DNA of 64,000 bases from a virus (lineage: Duplodnaviria > Caudoviricetes): positions 1 through 64,000 of the IMG/VR virus record IMGVR_UViG_3300049988_000124; one strand, 5' to 3'. Shown piece after piece: positions 16,664-26,955 of this stretch. How positions within the stretch are numbered: position 1 is the first letter of the stretch; every line of letters begins with the position of its first letter. The notes under the pieces were generated by a model. The model was not told the DNA's origin, did not search any database, and saw nothing but the letters and a program-made list of their open reading frames with translations. The translations under genes and the position numbers were made by a program.

Positions 16664-17301
16664 GCCAATTCCCTCTCTAGTACGATGTGACCGTCACTAC
16701 CGATTGGTCGAAGTTCAATCTCTTCCTCATTAAAAGGAACATCCTCAACCGGAAGATGACGCCATGGTCTTGGTCTAGCAGTGTCATCGTGCTCAGGATG
16801 CTTGCGGTTCACCGCTTCTTGCTTGCGGCGGTAAGCCCTAGCTTCGTAGTTCCACAGCGCCATGCGGATAGCGTAGATCGCCTCTGTTGTTCGCATGATC
16901 CAATCATCAGTTGGATGACGCAGGATCTCTTGAGCACTACCCATCCAGTAGCAAGCATCCGATGTTTCCACGCACACCAGAACAGAGTTGAGATAGTGAC
17001 TGCGATCAATCAGGATGTCAAGGATGTCAATGACCTGGTGACAGTTACACAATCTTACTGGATAAGGGCTGTCGAGCCCCAATTGCCACAGGTGATAAAG
17101 TTTGGGTCGAACATGATTCTCATACTCGAACTCACCGAGGTAGTTAATCAATGCCCGCATCACGGCTTGGGTTTGGATACCTGGCCATTCTCTTGAATAT
17201 TGAATGGCACCCCCTCCCCTCTTGATGAATTTCAAGAAGATCGGCTTGGTACCATCAATCAGCGTGGTTTCATAGATGTGCCCTGGATCAATAATTCTCA
17301 T
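16660..17301 (-). CDS. Hypothetical protein with Tad1-like motif pattern
   Basis: GHIYE...LKFIKR...GIQTQAVMRAL...ILIDR...CVE...ALWNYEARAYRR resembles the Tad1 consensus as remembered. Confidence 0.45.
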   Translation of the reverse strand: MRIIDPGHIYETTLIDGTKPIFLKFIKRGGGAIQYSREWPGIQTQAVMRALINYLGEFEYENHVRPKLYHLWQLGLDSPYPVRLCNCHQVIDILDILIDRSHYLNSVLVCVETSDACYWMGSAQEILRHPTDDWIMRTTEAIYAIRMALWNYEARAYRRKQEAVNRKHPEHDDTARPRPWRHLPVEDVPFNEEEIELRPIGSDGHIVLERELA

Positions 17302-17391
17302 GTCGACTAACCCCCTTTAGATTAGGTCATAGGAGCCTTCAGTAAGAAAACATAAACAAATAAATAGAGAGGAGCCGAAGCTCCCCTCTAT

Positions 17392-18690
17392 CTAGATCAC
17401 TTGGGTGGCATTGGGAGCAAGACGAAGAATAAGAGCCGCTGATACACCAAACATCTGTACCGGACCAGTCTTTGGCATCGGCTGAATGGAGTAGGTTGCC
17501 CGCTCAACGATTCCGGTCTTCCTGACCATCTTCTCGTTCTCGTCGTAGTAATAAGAGACCGCGTGTCCTGGATCTAACTGAAAAGGATCAGCGTGCATCC
17601 ACTGGACTTTCATGAGGCTGGCCTGGTGAGAGATCAGCTCACTCATGTGCGGGTAGGGATTGTCCGTCGTGGCAACGTGACGGATGTTGTTCATTCCCTT
17701 GGCCGCTGTACGCGGTGAATCCAACGTCACGGTCAAGGCAGACTGCTCAGTATACTTAACCTCACCACCCTCGAGTGATGTGTAAGCATCAGTCGTCCTG
17801 GACGCTCTGGTGAACATGAAGCCCGTACCGATGTTCTCCGACCCAGCGATCGACAAGTCGTAGGATTCAGGCTGCTTATTCACCACGATGGAGATGTTGT
17901 TATCCTCTACCCGGTGAAAGATGTGGGCACCTGCGTAGGTACCACTATCGACCTGGTAGAAGATCACCGTCTTGTCGTAGGTAGGAGCAGTCTCGAAAGG
18001 GGGATAGATGTAGAGCACGTCACCCGTGATGTAACTGGTCGCACCTTTCTCATACACCCCGAACTTTGATTGCAAGAACTGGTAGACCGACTCAATCCCC
18101 TGGTACGAGGGAATATCGATGTGGTCGTGCTGATGCCCATTGTCGGGGGGTACCATCTGGATCTTGGTGATGCCAAGCTTGGCGGTGATCCCGTGGATAG
18201 CCTGGGTGATGGTCGCGTTCTGGAAGATCGTGTTGATGCGTTGGTGACGCAGCTTGTAGACCGACTCTTCCATCAAGCGCACCGTAATGGGCGTCGAGGG
18301 CTCGGTGTACATCTGGATGTCGGGAATAGCTTTGCGCACATCCCTGGCATCGTTGATCATCACTCGGTACTGCGTCTGCACAGGTGCAGGCGTAAAGAGC
18401 ATCTTACCGTCCTTGGTCACGTAGGTCGTGGTCAGGACGCACAAGAGATTCTGTCCTTGATCTTGCATCAAGGCGTAGTCTTTAGGACTGACGGTCATCG
18501 ACAGGTCAATGACATCACCCCAGTTCTCGATATAGTCCCGGTCAATCATGACCTCGTTGATCGAGAAAGGATAATAAGAGAAGGTCGACTCTGTGTCACT
18601 ACTAATGAAGTGGGCCGTCAGCATGAACTGAGCAGGAGAGGTGTTACTCATCACCTTCTTGGCGGAGGATACCAGAACCGAGTTTAACAT
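17392..18690 (-). CDS. Virion structural protein, possible baseplate hub-like
   Basis: 432-aa beta-rich ORF in a four-gene co-oriented block typical of phiKZ-like structural modules. Confidence 0.45.
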   Translation of the reverse strand: MLNSVLVSSAKKVMSNTSPAQFMLTAHFISSDTESTFSYYPFSINEVMIDRDYIENWGDVIDLSMTVSPKDYALMQDQGQNLLCVLTTTYVTKDGKMLFTPAPVQTQYRVMINDARDVRKAIPDIQMYTEPSTPITVRLMEESVYKLRHQRINTIFQNATITQAIHGITAKLGITKIQMVPPDNGHQHDHIDIPSYQGIESVYQFLQSKFGVYEKGATSYITGDVLYIYPPFETAPTYDKTVIFYQVDSGTYAGAHIFHRVEDNNISIVVNKQPESYDLSIAGSENIGTGFMFTRASRTTDAYTSLEGGEVKYTEQSALTVTLDSPRTAAKGMNNIRHVATTDNPYPHMSELISHQASLMKVQWMHADPFQLDPGHAVSYYYDENEKMVRKTGIVERATYSIQPMPKTGPVQMFGVSAALILRLAPNATQVI

Positions 18691-18693
18691 CGA

Positions 18694-19428
18694 TTATGAC
18701 CCTCCCAAGAAGCCCTGGAGATCAAACTTGGGTGCACTACCCTTGTCCGCGAAGAGATCCTTCTTATTCTCCAACCCCAGTGAGCTACCGATATCAAAGT
18801 CACCCCCAGTTGCTGCAACTGGATCAACGGGTATAACTGCGTTGATGTCGAAGGGAGGATTGCGCCTGGACAACAGTGGGTCATCTTTATACTCACTGTA
18901 GTTGATTCCACTCACCGAGGCCATCAGCGTGAAGATGTTCTCCACGGTGTCATTGCGAGGATAGAGTTCCTCCATGGCCGTGGGGTTCATCCGCATGAAG
19001 CGGTAGTAATGCTTGTACACTTCCTCTCGCCAACTAACCACGAGTCTGGCATAGTTGATGGAATCCTCGACCCCTTGCTCGCAGTCGGGCTTCAGGGTCA
19101 AGAGGTAGCGGTCAAGATTGTCGAAGATCTCGGGCAAGTCAGTGTCGCGAACAATCTCGAAGTGAGTCTTCTTTCGAAACATGTCCAGCATGATCTCAAC
19201 GGTATACGAGCAGAACTGCATCTCGTCTGGATCAATACCCTGGCGAAACGGCGCAGAACAGCGAACACCCCGATCAACGAACCGCAAGGTGTTCACTTTC
19301 TCGGGCTTCTTCTTGGTAAGCTCCAGCGTGCTCGATGATTCGTCCGGATGGTAGAAGGAGGGAGCTAAGACTTCAAAGCGGCGATGCCGAATGAATTCAG
19401 CTGCACTGGGGTAGAGAATAATGGCCAT
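18694..19428 (-). CDS. Conserved phiKZ-like hypothetical/virion protein
   Basis: 244-aa ORF within the structural block. Confidence 0.5.
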   Translation of the reverse strand: MAIILYPSAAEFIRHRRFEVLAPSFYHPDESSSTLELTKKKPEKVNTLRFVDRGVRCSAPFRQGIDPDEMQFCSYTVEIMLDMFRKKTHFEIVRDTDLPEIFDNLDRYLLTLKPDCEQGVEDSINYARLVVSWREEVYKHYYRFMRMNPTAMEELYPRNDTVENIFTLMASVSGINYSEYKDDPLLSRRNPPFDINAVIPVDPVAATGGDFDIGSSLGLENKKDLFADKGSAPKFDLQGFLGGS

Positions 19429-19443
19429 GGATTAGCCTTTCGA

Positions 19444-20763
19444 TTAATCGTCCTGACCAGGGGCATAGTCCATCGCTGGGGCATCGATCTCTCGGTACTG
19501 GTTGCGAAGGGCCATGTCGATCAGGTGGATACAAAGAGGGATCTTGTAGAACTGCTTGTCCATCGAGAGCTTGAAGACCGGATCAAGGTGATCCACGATC
19601 AAGGTGGTGAGACCACCTGATGTCTTTTTGGTAATCGCCTCATGGATAAGAAGCTCTTCTGCGGTCATCTCGGTGGTCTTCCCGCTGTAGAAATTGTCGG
19701 AGAAGATGTAGTCCTCGAGACCCGCAGCGCGGGGGCGTGTGAAAACAATACGACGGTTGTGGAGTTCGGTAACGAAAGCACCCATGCGCGTCTGACGATA
19801 ACCTTGCAGCTGTGCGCACGGATCAATCAGGTAGAGCGTGTTATTGTGCTCGTCTTCCAGGCGTGCCCACATGCTGCGCTGATACTCATCCTTTGCCTGC
19901 CCCAGGAGATTCTTCGGCCTGGTATAGACGTCCTCCATGCGAAGCTTGCCGCACATGAAAAGAACCACCCAAGGATCGTAGGTGCCATTGGGATGAAGGT
20001 AGGTATTCAGCGTCTTGTTAAAGAAAGCCTGGTGGTAGTGCTTGGACAAGATGATCCGCATCTCTCGAAGCTTTGCCAGCTGAACGTAGCTCTGCTCAGC
20101 CAGGAGGGCTGCTGTACCACCCAGGTAATTCTCCTTCGAGAAGTAGCTGACGATCTCAACGGATGCCTCGAGTGGTTCGGAGAGGGAATGCTCCAGAAAC
20201 TCTTGAACAATGAAGTTGGCCGTGTAGATCCGGTCCTGTAGCCAGGTCATTGGGACGACCGAAGTAATCCGGCAGTAACCGACCCGGCCATCTCCCACTC
20301 CCATCAGGAACACGTCACCGATGTTAGGGTTCATGTTGGGATAGAATTTAGCTGTCCCGGTGATAGTTGCGTTGGCATCTTCCTGGTTAGCCTGGAAGGT
20401 AAACTCTTCAGTGAGGGTAATCTCTAGACCAACGATCTTTTGATAACCAGTATCCACCGAGTTCCTGGCATTAGTCATGTCACTAATGTTGGAGCGGATG
20501 TTGTTACCCTCACGTCTCAAGAGACGGTAGTAGGTAACGGTCTCACGACTGCCCTTCATGAAACCAAGCAACTGCTTAGTTACACTGGCGTAGCCGCTGG
20601 TGTTGATCGCGCGCTTGTTCAGGTTGCTGTCGGAAATGAATGGCATGCTAGCCAGGCTGTCATGCGGCTTGATGACGACCTGACCGGGTGTTCCGTCATG
20701 TGTCGATGGTGATGTTGAAGACGCGGACTGGCGTGTTAAACCCATAAAAACCTCCTTGGCCAC
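19444..20763 (-). CDS. Virion structural protein, possible neck/head-completion-like
   Basis: VTYY...GTAKFYPNMNPNIGDVF recalls head-closure beta-barrels. The start may lie downstream of the 68-nt overlap. Confidence 0.45.
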   Translation of the reverse strand: MAKEVFMGLTRQSASSTSPSTHDGTPGQVVIKPHDSLASMPFISDSNLNKRAINTSGYASVTKQLLGFMKGSRETVTYYRLLRREGNNIRSNISDMTNARNSVDTGYQKIVGLEITLTEEFTFQANQEDANATITGTAKFYPNMNPNIGDVFLMGVGDGRVGYCRITSVVPMTWLQDRIYTANFIVQEFLEHSLSEPLEASVEIVSYFSKENYLGGTAALLAEQSYVQLAKLREMRIILSKHYHQAFFNKTLNTYLHPNGTYDPWVVLFMCGKLRMEDVYTRPKNLLGQAKDEYQRSMWARLEDEHNNTLYLIDPCAQLQGYRQTRMGAFVTELHNRRIVFTRPRAAGLEDYIFSDNFYSGKTTEMTAEELLIHEAITKKTSGGLTTLIVDHLDPVFKLSMDKQFYKIPLCIHLIDMALRNQYREIDAPAMDYAPGQDD

Positions 20764-22561
20764 TGTAATAAGGATACATGGTGCGACTGGGATCGAGATA
20801 CTGCGTGGGGATCTCAGACAAGGTAATGTAGCCCAGTGTCAGACACACTTCCATGAAGGCTACGAAGAGCGAGCGACTCGTTACCGAGGCATGCTTCTCG
20901 TAATATTCACGAACGCGCAGGCTTGCCTCACTCGTTCCCGTCGGTAGTGCGTAATCATCTCGCTTGGACTGGGTGTAGACTAAGAAGTCTGCCAGCTGCG
21001 ATGGATTCTGGGTGTAGGCGTAGATTTCATTGGTAACCTCACCCAAGGCAACCATGGTACCAAGAAGAGCCTTGATCTTTCCTTGTCTACTAAGCTTACT
21101 GATGAGATTCAGAAAGTTGTCATGGTAGCCCACGTAGAACACGTTCTTCTCGATGAGTTTTTGCAAGTTGCGCTCAATCGTCATCGGGAAGAAGTAGCGG
21201 TACTTGATCAAGATCTTGTCCCAGATCGGATCAGTCCGAAAGAGCTCAGTGGTCTCTGACAAGACCAAGTGGTAGACCTTGTCTTTTCTGTTCGAACGAA
21301 TCGTCAGTTTGAGATCCTCGTCGATCGATAACAGATCATCGTGAAGTTTCAACTGGTCAGCGAAGACGCCGATGTGAAAGAGTCCCCCGAACCGGAAGAT
21401 CGACTCACCCGTTTCTTTCATGATCGCTTTGACGACCGGGTGGATCGAGAGGCTACCTAGATCCTTTAGATCAATAACCGTCTCTGGTCCATCCAAGGTA
21501 AAGTGCGCAACCAGGAACGGCCGATACTGGTAGAAGAGGTAGGTCTGGTCAAAGGTCAACCAATCATCGTAATTCGGAATACGAACGAGCTGATGAGCGG
21601 CATTGAAGTTCCCGTAGGAGCGACGCATGAACTCATTACAGGTCAGGTCTGAGTAGACACCGGACACCGCACCTGAGTAATGCGTCTCCTGATTGATCGA
21701 GGAGAAGAGTTCCTCAGGCAGCGGTGTGTTGTCAATCGAGATCGGCGTCGTAATCTTGATCATCGACGGGCGACCAAACTGAATGGTCGTGGTAAAGGAG
21801 ATCCCGTAAGTGCCAGGAGCCTGCTCAATCAACCCGACGTCTGGTTCCAGCTGATCCATCGTCAGCTGCAAGATACAGTTGAGCTGCTGGATACGGATCA
21901 AGAGCTGCTTGTCTGCATCTTCCTTGTTAAGCTGCGACTTTCGCACATCCCAGCTGATCTCGGTCTTCATGGTGTCATGGATCCAGTCCATGAACTTCTT
22001 GTTCTTATAGTCAGCCTTTGCCTCGAAAATCTGGATGAGAAGTTTCATCATCTCGTAAGAGACTGGGTAGGAGAACGCCAGGTGGAAGGGCTGCTGAATG
22101 AGACCACCCTTGTAGCGGTTCTGAAGCGAGTCAAACGCCTTGGTTGCCTCATCAAAGGTCATGAACTTCAAGTTGAAGTCGAGCTTGATGGCACAAGCAA
22201 CGGTCTGATGCTCGATCAGGACGCCAGCCTTCGGGTCTGCCAGAACAGGCGTGTAAGTGCCGCGCTGTGAGTTCCTGACACCCATGGCAGCGGTGGTGTG
22301 GGGACTGTCGACGGGCCAGGGAACTTGCGACTTATCCATGATGAAGTTGGCCATCACGTCGCAGCGGTTAGAGGTAAGGTTAATGCTACCCTCACCGTCT
22401 GAGTAATTCGAGTTAGCCTGGAAACTCGACTTGATGAAAACAGCGTTCGTGAAATGGCGGGTAAGGTCCAATTCCTCCAGCAGTCCGGTGACTACTTCCT
22501 CGGTCACGGGCTCTAGAACATTGATACCGGTAGCCTCTACCCGATAGTTAAGAGTGGGCAT
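20696..22561 (-). CDS. Virion structural protein (possible tail-terminator-like N-terminus)
   Basis: 621-aa ORF; a TATG late-type start motif lies just upstream. Confidence 0.5.
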   Translation of the reverse strand: MPTLNYRVEATGINVLEPVTEEVVTGLLEELDLTRHFTNAVFIKSSFQANSNYSDGEGSINLTSNRCDVMANFIMDKSQVPWPVDSPHTTAAMGVRNSQRGTYTPVLADPKAGVLIEHQTVACAIKLDFNLKFMTFDEATKAFDSLQNRYKGGLIQQPFHLAFSYPVSYEMMKLLIQIFEAKADYKNKKFMDWIHDTMKTEISWDVRKSQLNKEDADKQLLIRIQQLNCILQLTMDQLEPDVGLIEQAPGTYGISFTTTIQFGRPSMIKITTPISIDNTPLPEELFSSINQETHYSGAVSGVYSDLTCNEFMRRSYGNFNAAHQLVRIPNYDDWLTFDQTYLFYQYRPFLVAHFTLDGPETVIDLKDLGSLSIHPVVKAIMKETGESIFRFGGLFHIGVFADQLKLHDDLLSIDEDLKLTIRSNRKDKVYHLVLSETTELFRTDPIWDKILIKYRYFFPMTIERNLQKLIEKNVFYVGYHDNFLNLISKLSRQGKIKALLGTMVALGEVTNEIYAYTQNPSQLADFLVYTQSKRDDYALPTGTSEASLRVREYYEKHASVTSRSLFVAFMEVCLTLGYITLSEIPTQYLDPSRTMYPYYSGQGGFYGFNTPVRVFNITIDT

Positions 22562-22648
22562 AATGGGATTTCCTAAGAATCAAGGTCATAGCATCGCGCT
22601 GTGGTGGTTCGGGGTAAATATTATTTCTACTAAATCATATGACAACCG

Positions 22649-23260
22649 GTGCTACCAAGCGTAGTTAGGAGTATTGACAAAGTGGCAGACACGACCGATC
22701 CCCAGAAGCTTTCCAGTTTCGTTAACAGCATTATTGATCGCAAGATCAAGCCTATCTCCATCTCGTTCATCGCGGTTGCTGGAACCTTGCGTGATCAGGC
22801 GACTCAGCTTCTTCGATCACGGACGTTCCAGAGCCGCTTCTCACGCGGTGCAAACACGTACGGTAGCTGGGAGATTCGTCCCGGCGTTATTGAGATGTGG
22901 GGTCGCTACAAGCGCTCGGTGGGCGAGTCGTCCCCTGCACAGGCGATTGCTTTCCCGCTCATCCTACCCGACACCACTTTTAACTTCTCAGCCACTCCGA
23001 TCATTGCTTCGCTCAGCACTAGCAAGGATTTCTGGGTCCAGATCACCGAAGACACCCGCACGGTCGCTGGCGTCACGGTAAACTACCAGACCAGCAACAG
23101 TAATGGTCAGACGCTGGAAGGCTTCGATTGGCGCGTTATCATCAACGTTGATTTCGCGTTCATCCCGACGGAGAATGCGGCAACCCCTACCGGTAGCCAG
23201 GCTGATGCTAGCGGCGCTACCAAGATCACCGGAGTTAACGTTCGCCCCGCAGATACCTAA
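22649..23260 (+). CDS. Tail-fibre-associated protein with gp53-like C-terminal domain
   Basis: GSWEIRPGVIEMWG...AIAFP...F...WRVII pattern; GTG start. Confidence 0.55.
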   Translation: MLPSVVRSIDKVADTTDPQKLSSFVNSIIDRKIKPISISFIAVAGTLRDQATQLLRSRTFQSRFSRGANTYGSWEIRPGVIEMWGRYKRSVGESSPAQAIAFPLILPDTTFNFSATPIIASLSTSKDFWVQITEDTRTVAGVTVNYQTSNSNGQTLEGFDWRVIINVDFAFIPTENAATPTGSQADASGATKITGVNVRPADT

Positions 23261-23280
23261 AACAAGAGGAGACCTAAGTC

Positions 23281-23649
23281 ATGGACTTGTCGATGGTCGT
23301 GATGATGCTTCTGTCATGGATCACGAAGAAGTTTCCATCGCTCGAGCAATATACTGAGTACGTCATCCCTATTGCGATCTTCTCGATCACGGCATTTGGT
23401 ATCTTCACCAACATGCTCCCCAAGCCGGGTCACAAGTTCCCGGTACCAGATGTTGCAGAGCTTGAGAAAGAACTGCAAGGCGGGGGTGGTCTCATTATCC
23501 GGATGGCCAAGTTTGCCCGTACCATCGTGATCTCCACGAACTGGTTCTTGGGCACTGTTATCTACAGTTGGTTTTACAACTTTACCAATCGTATTTCCAC
23601 AATGCTTTCTAAGCTTTCTGTCTTTCTTCCCAAGAAGAAAAAAGTATAA
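23281..23649 (+). CDS. Small membrane protein, holin-like
   Basis: Two to three hydrophobic segments, basic C-terminus KKKKV, SD AGAGGA. Confidence 0.45.
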   Translation: MDLSMVVMMLLSWITKKFPSLEQYTEYVIPIAIFSITAFGIFTNMLPKPGHKFPVPDVAELEKELQGGGGLIIRMAKFARTIVISTNWFLGTVIYSWFYNFTNRISTMLSKLSVFLPKKKKV

Positions 23650-23657
23650 CACCAAAG

Positions 23658-23691
23658 AGTAGAGAGGAGGGCTGATGCCCTCCTCTCTACT
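23658..23691. terminator. Conserved hairpin (GGGC-TGAT-GCCC family) between convergent genes
   Basis: agtagagaggagggc-tgat-gccctcctctctact. Confidence 0.75.
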
Positions 23692-23695
23692 TATT

Positions 23696-23950
23696 CTATT
23701 CAACGAACTTGAACATAAGGTCTTCGTAGTACGTAGCATTATGCTCACACTTGAAGTTACCCTCAGCAAATCTACTTCCATCACCGTGGTACACGATGCC
23801 GTTGTCTCCCTGGAATAGAGAATAAACGGTATCGTCTTCAGGCTTAAGAGAGACTAGCTTTCTCAACGTTGTCTGCGAAGCGATGGTTACTATCTTACCT
23901 TCGGAGGTTACATAGCGCTCACCGACTTTGATGAGTACTTCAGTCATCAC
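23696..23950 (-). CDS. Hypothetical protein
   Basis: 84-aa ORF overlapping the recombinase stop codon. Confidence 0.6.
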   Translation of the reverse strand: MMTEVLIKVGERYVTSEGKIVTIASQTTLRKLVSLKPEDDTVYSLFQGDNGIVYHGDGSRFAEGNFKCEHNATYYEDLMFKFVE

Positions 23951-25437
23951 TTCGTACTCACCGCAAACGATTTGGGCTTGTAGCTACCATCCAGCATCAT
24001 CATGATGTTAGGCAGCGTCAGGAACGGACGATTAGCTTCGTCGAGCTCCTTCTCAGCACCGACGTACGTCCACCACCCACGCGAGTTAAGGATGTCATCC
24101 ACTGCGTAGCTATTGTCCTTGGTGAGCTTCTCAGCGAACTCATCGATCGGCATCAGGTAGTTGACGGGTGAGTCCATCAAGGTCCAGGTCGACTGAATGA
24201 CGAGCAGCTGGTAGGTGAGCTCGAGGGCACGACGTACCTTGTAGCTCTTGGTTTCCTCGAAAGCGCGTGTGCGACCCAGATCAGTATCCGGGATCATGGG
24301 ATTGCGCGTGGAGCGAGGATTACCCAGACCAAAGTACTTGTGCTCACGCAGGTAGTTGTAGTAGGACAACCCGCCCATTGCGCCGTAACGCTGTGAGCAA
24401 ACGAGCTGCGTCTGCTGACCAGCAGAAGCATTCTTGGAGCGGGACAGAGTGATCATGAGCTGATTAAGCTCGTTGGCAGCAACACCTTCCTTCGAGGGAT
24501 ACTGCGACTGGTTGCGATCACCATCGTAAAGCATGGCGATTGCTTTATTGATGTGGAAGATGTTTGACATCAAGAAGTTGAACTTAGGCCCCATTGCCTT
24601 GACGGTCTCGTCCTGGGGCATGTAGGTCATGTCCTTCTTGACGGGTTTACCATCCAAGGACTGCTTCTTGCCGATATGGCCGGTGATGAAGAGGTGAATA
24701 CCACCGCGCGCACAGATGGTGGGAAGCTGGCTCATCAGTCGTGACTTCTGCCAACCCTCTTCCATGTGGATCATGCGCTGCTCCTTCATCTCGGTATCAG
24801 CGTTATGCTCCTCGTAGCGCACACCCAGCTGCCGAACCAGCGCCATGGTCCAAGAGTCGATGCTAGCAAAGGTCGGCACCATCATCCGGTAAGGCTTACC
24901 AGTATCGAGGTCGAGGACCTCGGTCTCGCGCTCGTAATCCTTGTAGTGCTTCACCTTCTCATCGCGGATCGTCTTTAGAAGATCCACGAACGCATCCAGG
25001 GTCTCTGCCTTGGGTGAGGTGGTATCCAGAAGCGTGATACGCTGCTGAAGATCTTCCAAGTGAGCCTCACGCTTGACCGCATCATCGAGGTAGAGGTCGG
25101 AGAACTTGGACAAGCGAGTACGATCACTCACCGCATTCTCGGTGTCATCCAGGATGAAGGCAGAACCAGGGAAGCGGGCCATCGCATTAATGCTGGCACC
25201 ATTACTCAGCGTTGACTTGAATGTGTTGGGACCACCGATTGACGCGTTGGTGAGACCAAGACCACCAGATAGTGCCCAGCCACCATCAGTGCCGGGTACG
25301 AACTTACCACACAGAAGGTCGAGAGGACCACCGGTGTTGAGATACGGGCGATACTTTGCCTCATCGACGTCCATGAGCGATGCCAAGGAGCGCATGACCA
25401 TAAGTGAATACCTTTTCGTGTAAAAACGTGAGAGCAA
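23947..25437 (-). CDS. uvsX: UvsX/RecA-like recombinase (phiKZ gp152-like)
   Basis: Walker A variant GGPNTFKST, DTE-like motif DTEN, Walker B SIDSW, FITGHIG. The true start may be a downstream Met near 25400. Confidence 0.8.
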   Translation of the reverse strand: MLSRFYTKRYSLMVMRSLASLMDVDEAKYRPYLNTGGPLDLLCGKFVPGTDGGWALSGGLGLTNASIGGPNTFKSTLSNGASINAMARFPGSAFILDDTENAVSDRTRLSKFSDLYLDDAVKREAHLEDLQQRITLLDTTSPKAETLDAFVDLLKTIRDEKVKHYKDYERETEVLDLDTGKPYRMMVPTFASIDSWTMALVRQLGVRYEEHNADTEMKEQRMIHMEEGWQKSRLMSQLPTICARGGIHLFITGHIGKKQSLDGKPVKKDMTYMPQDETVKAMGPKFNFLMSNIFHINKAIAMLYDGDRNQSQYPSKEGVAANELNQLMITLSRSKNASAGQQTQLVCSQRYGAMGGLSYYNYLREHKYFGLGNPRSTRNPMIPDTDLGRTRAFEETKSYKVRRALELTYQLLVIQSTWTLMDSPVNYLMPIDEFAEKLTKDNSYAVDDILNSRGWWTYVGAEKELDEANRPFLTLPNIMMMLDGSYKPKSFAVSTK

Positions 25438-25572
25438 CTAGGTCCCACAAGATCTTTTCGCATAGCATCTGGTAAGTGGTGATGAGAATAAATATTGAAC
25501 GATGGAGCCTCCCAGAAACCAGGGTATTCGGTATCTTATGACCCATCTGATCCTTGTAGCAAGGACCTTTTC

Positions 25573-26937
25573 ATGCCCACGTTGATCACCAGATTTGCCT
25601 CCCTCACGAACCAGAGTCGTGACATTCTAAGCCCCGTTGAACATCGCACCATTGTTGAGATGATTCGCGGCATCCTTCAGAGCTACCAGTTCAAGAAATT
25701 GGACGGGGCCGTAAAGCTCTTCTACCAGCATCTCGCCAGTCAAGATCCCTTGTACGCGGCCTCGGGGATTAACTTCTATTTCAAGATCGTGGAGAGCACC
25801 TACGCTGTCTACGTGAACATGACGCCCTCGCCCCTTCCCCTCGAGGACTTCAAGACGCAGATTGCAGGAACGCTCTCCTTCGTGGAGCTGTTCCGCCGGA
25901 TCGTCCTCAACCGCTTCATGTACGACCAGCTAAAGGTCGTGGGTGGGCTTGCCCCCAACGGTACTCCAGGCACCAACGGCAGTGTTCCTGCGGGCACTTA
26001 CTCGGTCTACCTCTCCACTGATTGGCCGACCCGCGAAGCATTCCCTAATCCAGTTAGCCTGACGATCCCCTCCACGCTCAACACTGAGCAGGACTTCATT
26101 CGCTTCGGATGGCAGGGATCGACCACGCCGGTTGGGTTCATCTTTACAGCAGAGAACATCGCTCCCTCACGTGTCGACTTACCAATCGTTTTCTCGACGA
26201 CTTCTGAGTTCACGTCACTTTTCACACCAGCTGCCCCTGTAACGCTACCCATCGCCTCCAATGATCTGACCGTTCATGTTCGCTACACGAACAACCCGGC
26301 AGCGGCATTGAATCTTTTCACCCTCCAGAACAACATCGACATCATCAGTGTGGACATGGCGGTCAACAAGACCATCTCGGTCTCCCTGAACACCAAGAAG
26401 CTTCTCCAGACAGCAGCGCCTAGCACTGATGGTCGCATCTCCCTGATCGTGGATTCACGCGGTTACCTCTCACTTCAGATCACTGACAAGATGTTCCAGC
26501 TGAGGACGAGGGAGAGGATCGTCTTCAAGAACGACATTCCCCTTAACCGCTTCACGGTAAATGCGCCCTACCTTGACCAGTTCACCACGAGCTTTGGTCT
26601 GCGTAGTGTAACGGTGTTCCAAGGATGGGAGGACTTCCTGCCCCCCGACGAGATCGTGGTGCCGCTCGGCTACAACCTTCTCGTTGATGTGAATGGTCGC
26701 TACTTGTGTGACCGGGACGGTGTACCACTAATGGACGTGGACATTGACCGGGGTGCTGATGAGGCAGGTAACTTTGTCTACCTGACCGACTCAGATGGTT
26801 CTTTCGTGATGGATGCAAACGGTGCTTACTACATCGTTCCGGCTGATGAATATTACGCCATCGTCGATGATGACAATGCGCTGCTCCTGGATGATGACGG
26901 TGCTTACGTGATCGAACCCTTGACACAGACATCGTAG
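25573..26937 (+). CDS. Virion structural protein with acidic D-x-x-G hairpin repeats at the C-terminus
   Basis: Likely start MPTLITRF at 25573; beta-rich; C-terminal DVNGRYLCDRDG / DSDGSFVMDANG / DDDNALLLDDDG. Confidence 0.55.
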   Translation: MPTLITRFASLTNQSRDILSPVEHRTIVEMIRGILQSYQFKKLDGAVKLFYQHLASQDPLYAASGINFYFKIVESTYAVYVNMTPSPLPLEDFKTQIAGTLSFVELFRRIVLNRFMYDQLKVVGGLAPNGTPGTNGSVPAGTYSVYLSTDWPTREAFPNPVSLTIPSTLNTEQDFIRFGWQGSTTPVGFIFTAENIAPSRVDLPIVFSTTSEFTSLFTPAAPVTLPIASNDLTVHVRYTNNPAAALNLFTLQNNIDIISVDMAVNKTISVSLNTKKLLQTAAPSTDGRISLIVDSRGYLSLQITDKMFQLRTRERIVFKNDIPLNRFTVNAPYLDQFTTSFGLRSVTVFQGWEDFLPPDEIVVPLGYNLLVDVNGRYLCDRDGVPLMDVDIDRGADEAGNFVYLTDSDGSFVMDANGAYYIVPADEYYAIVDDDNALLLDDDGAYVIEPLTQTS

Positions 26938-26955
26938 TAAAGGTATTTCTCTCCC

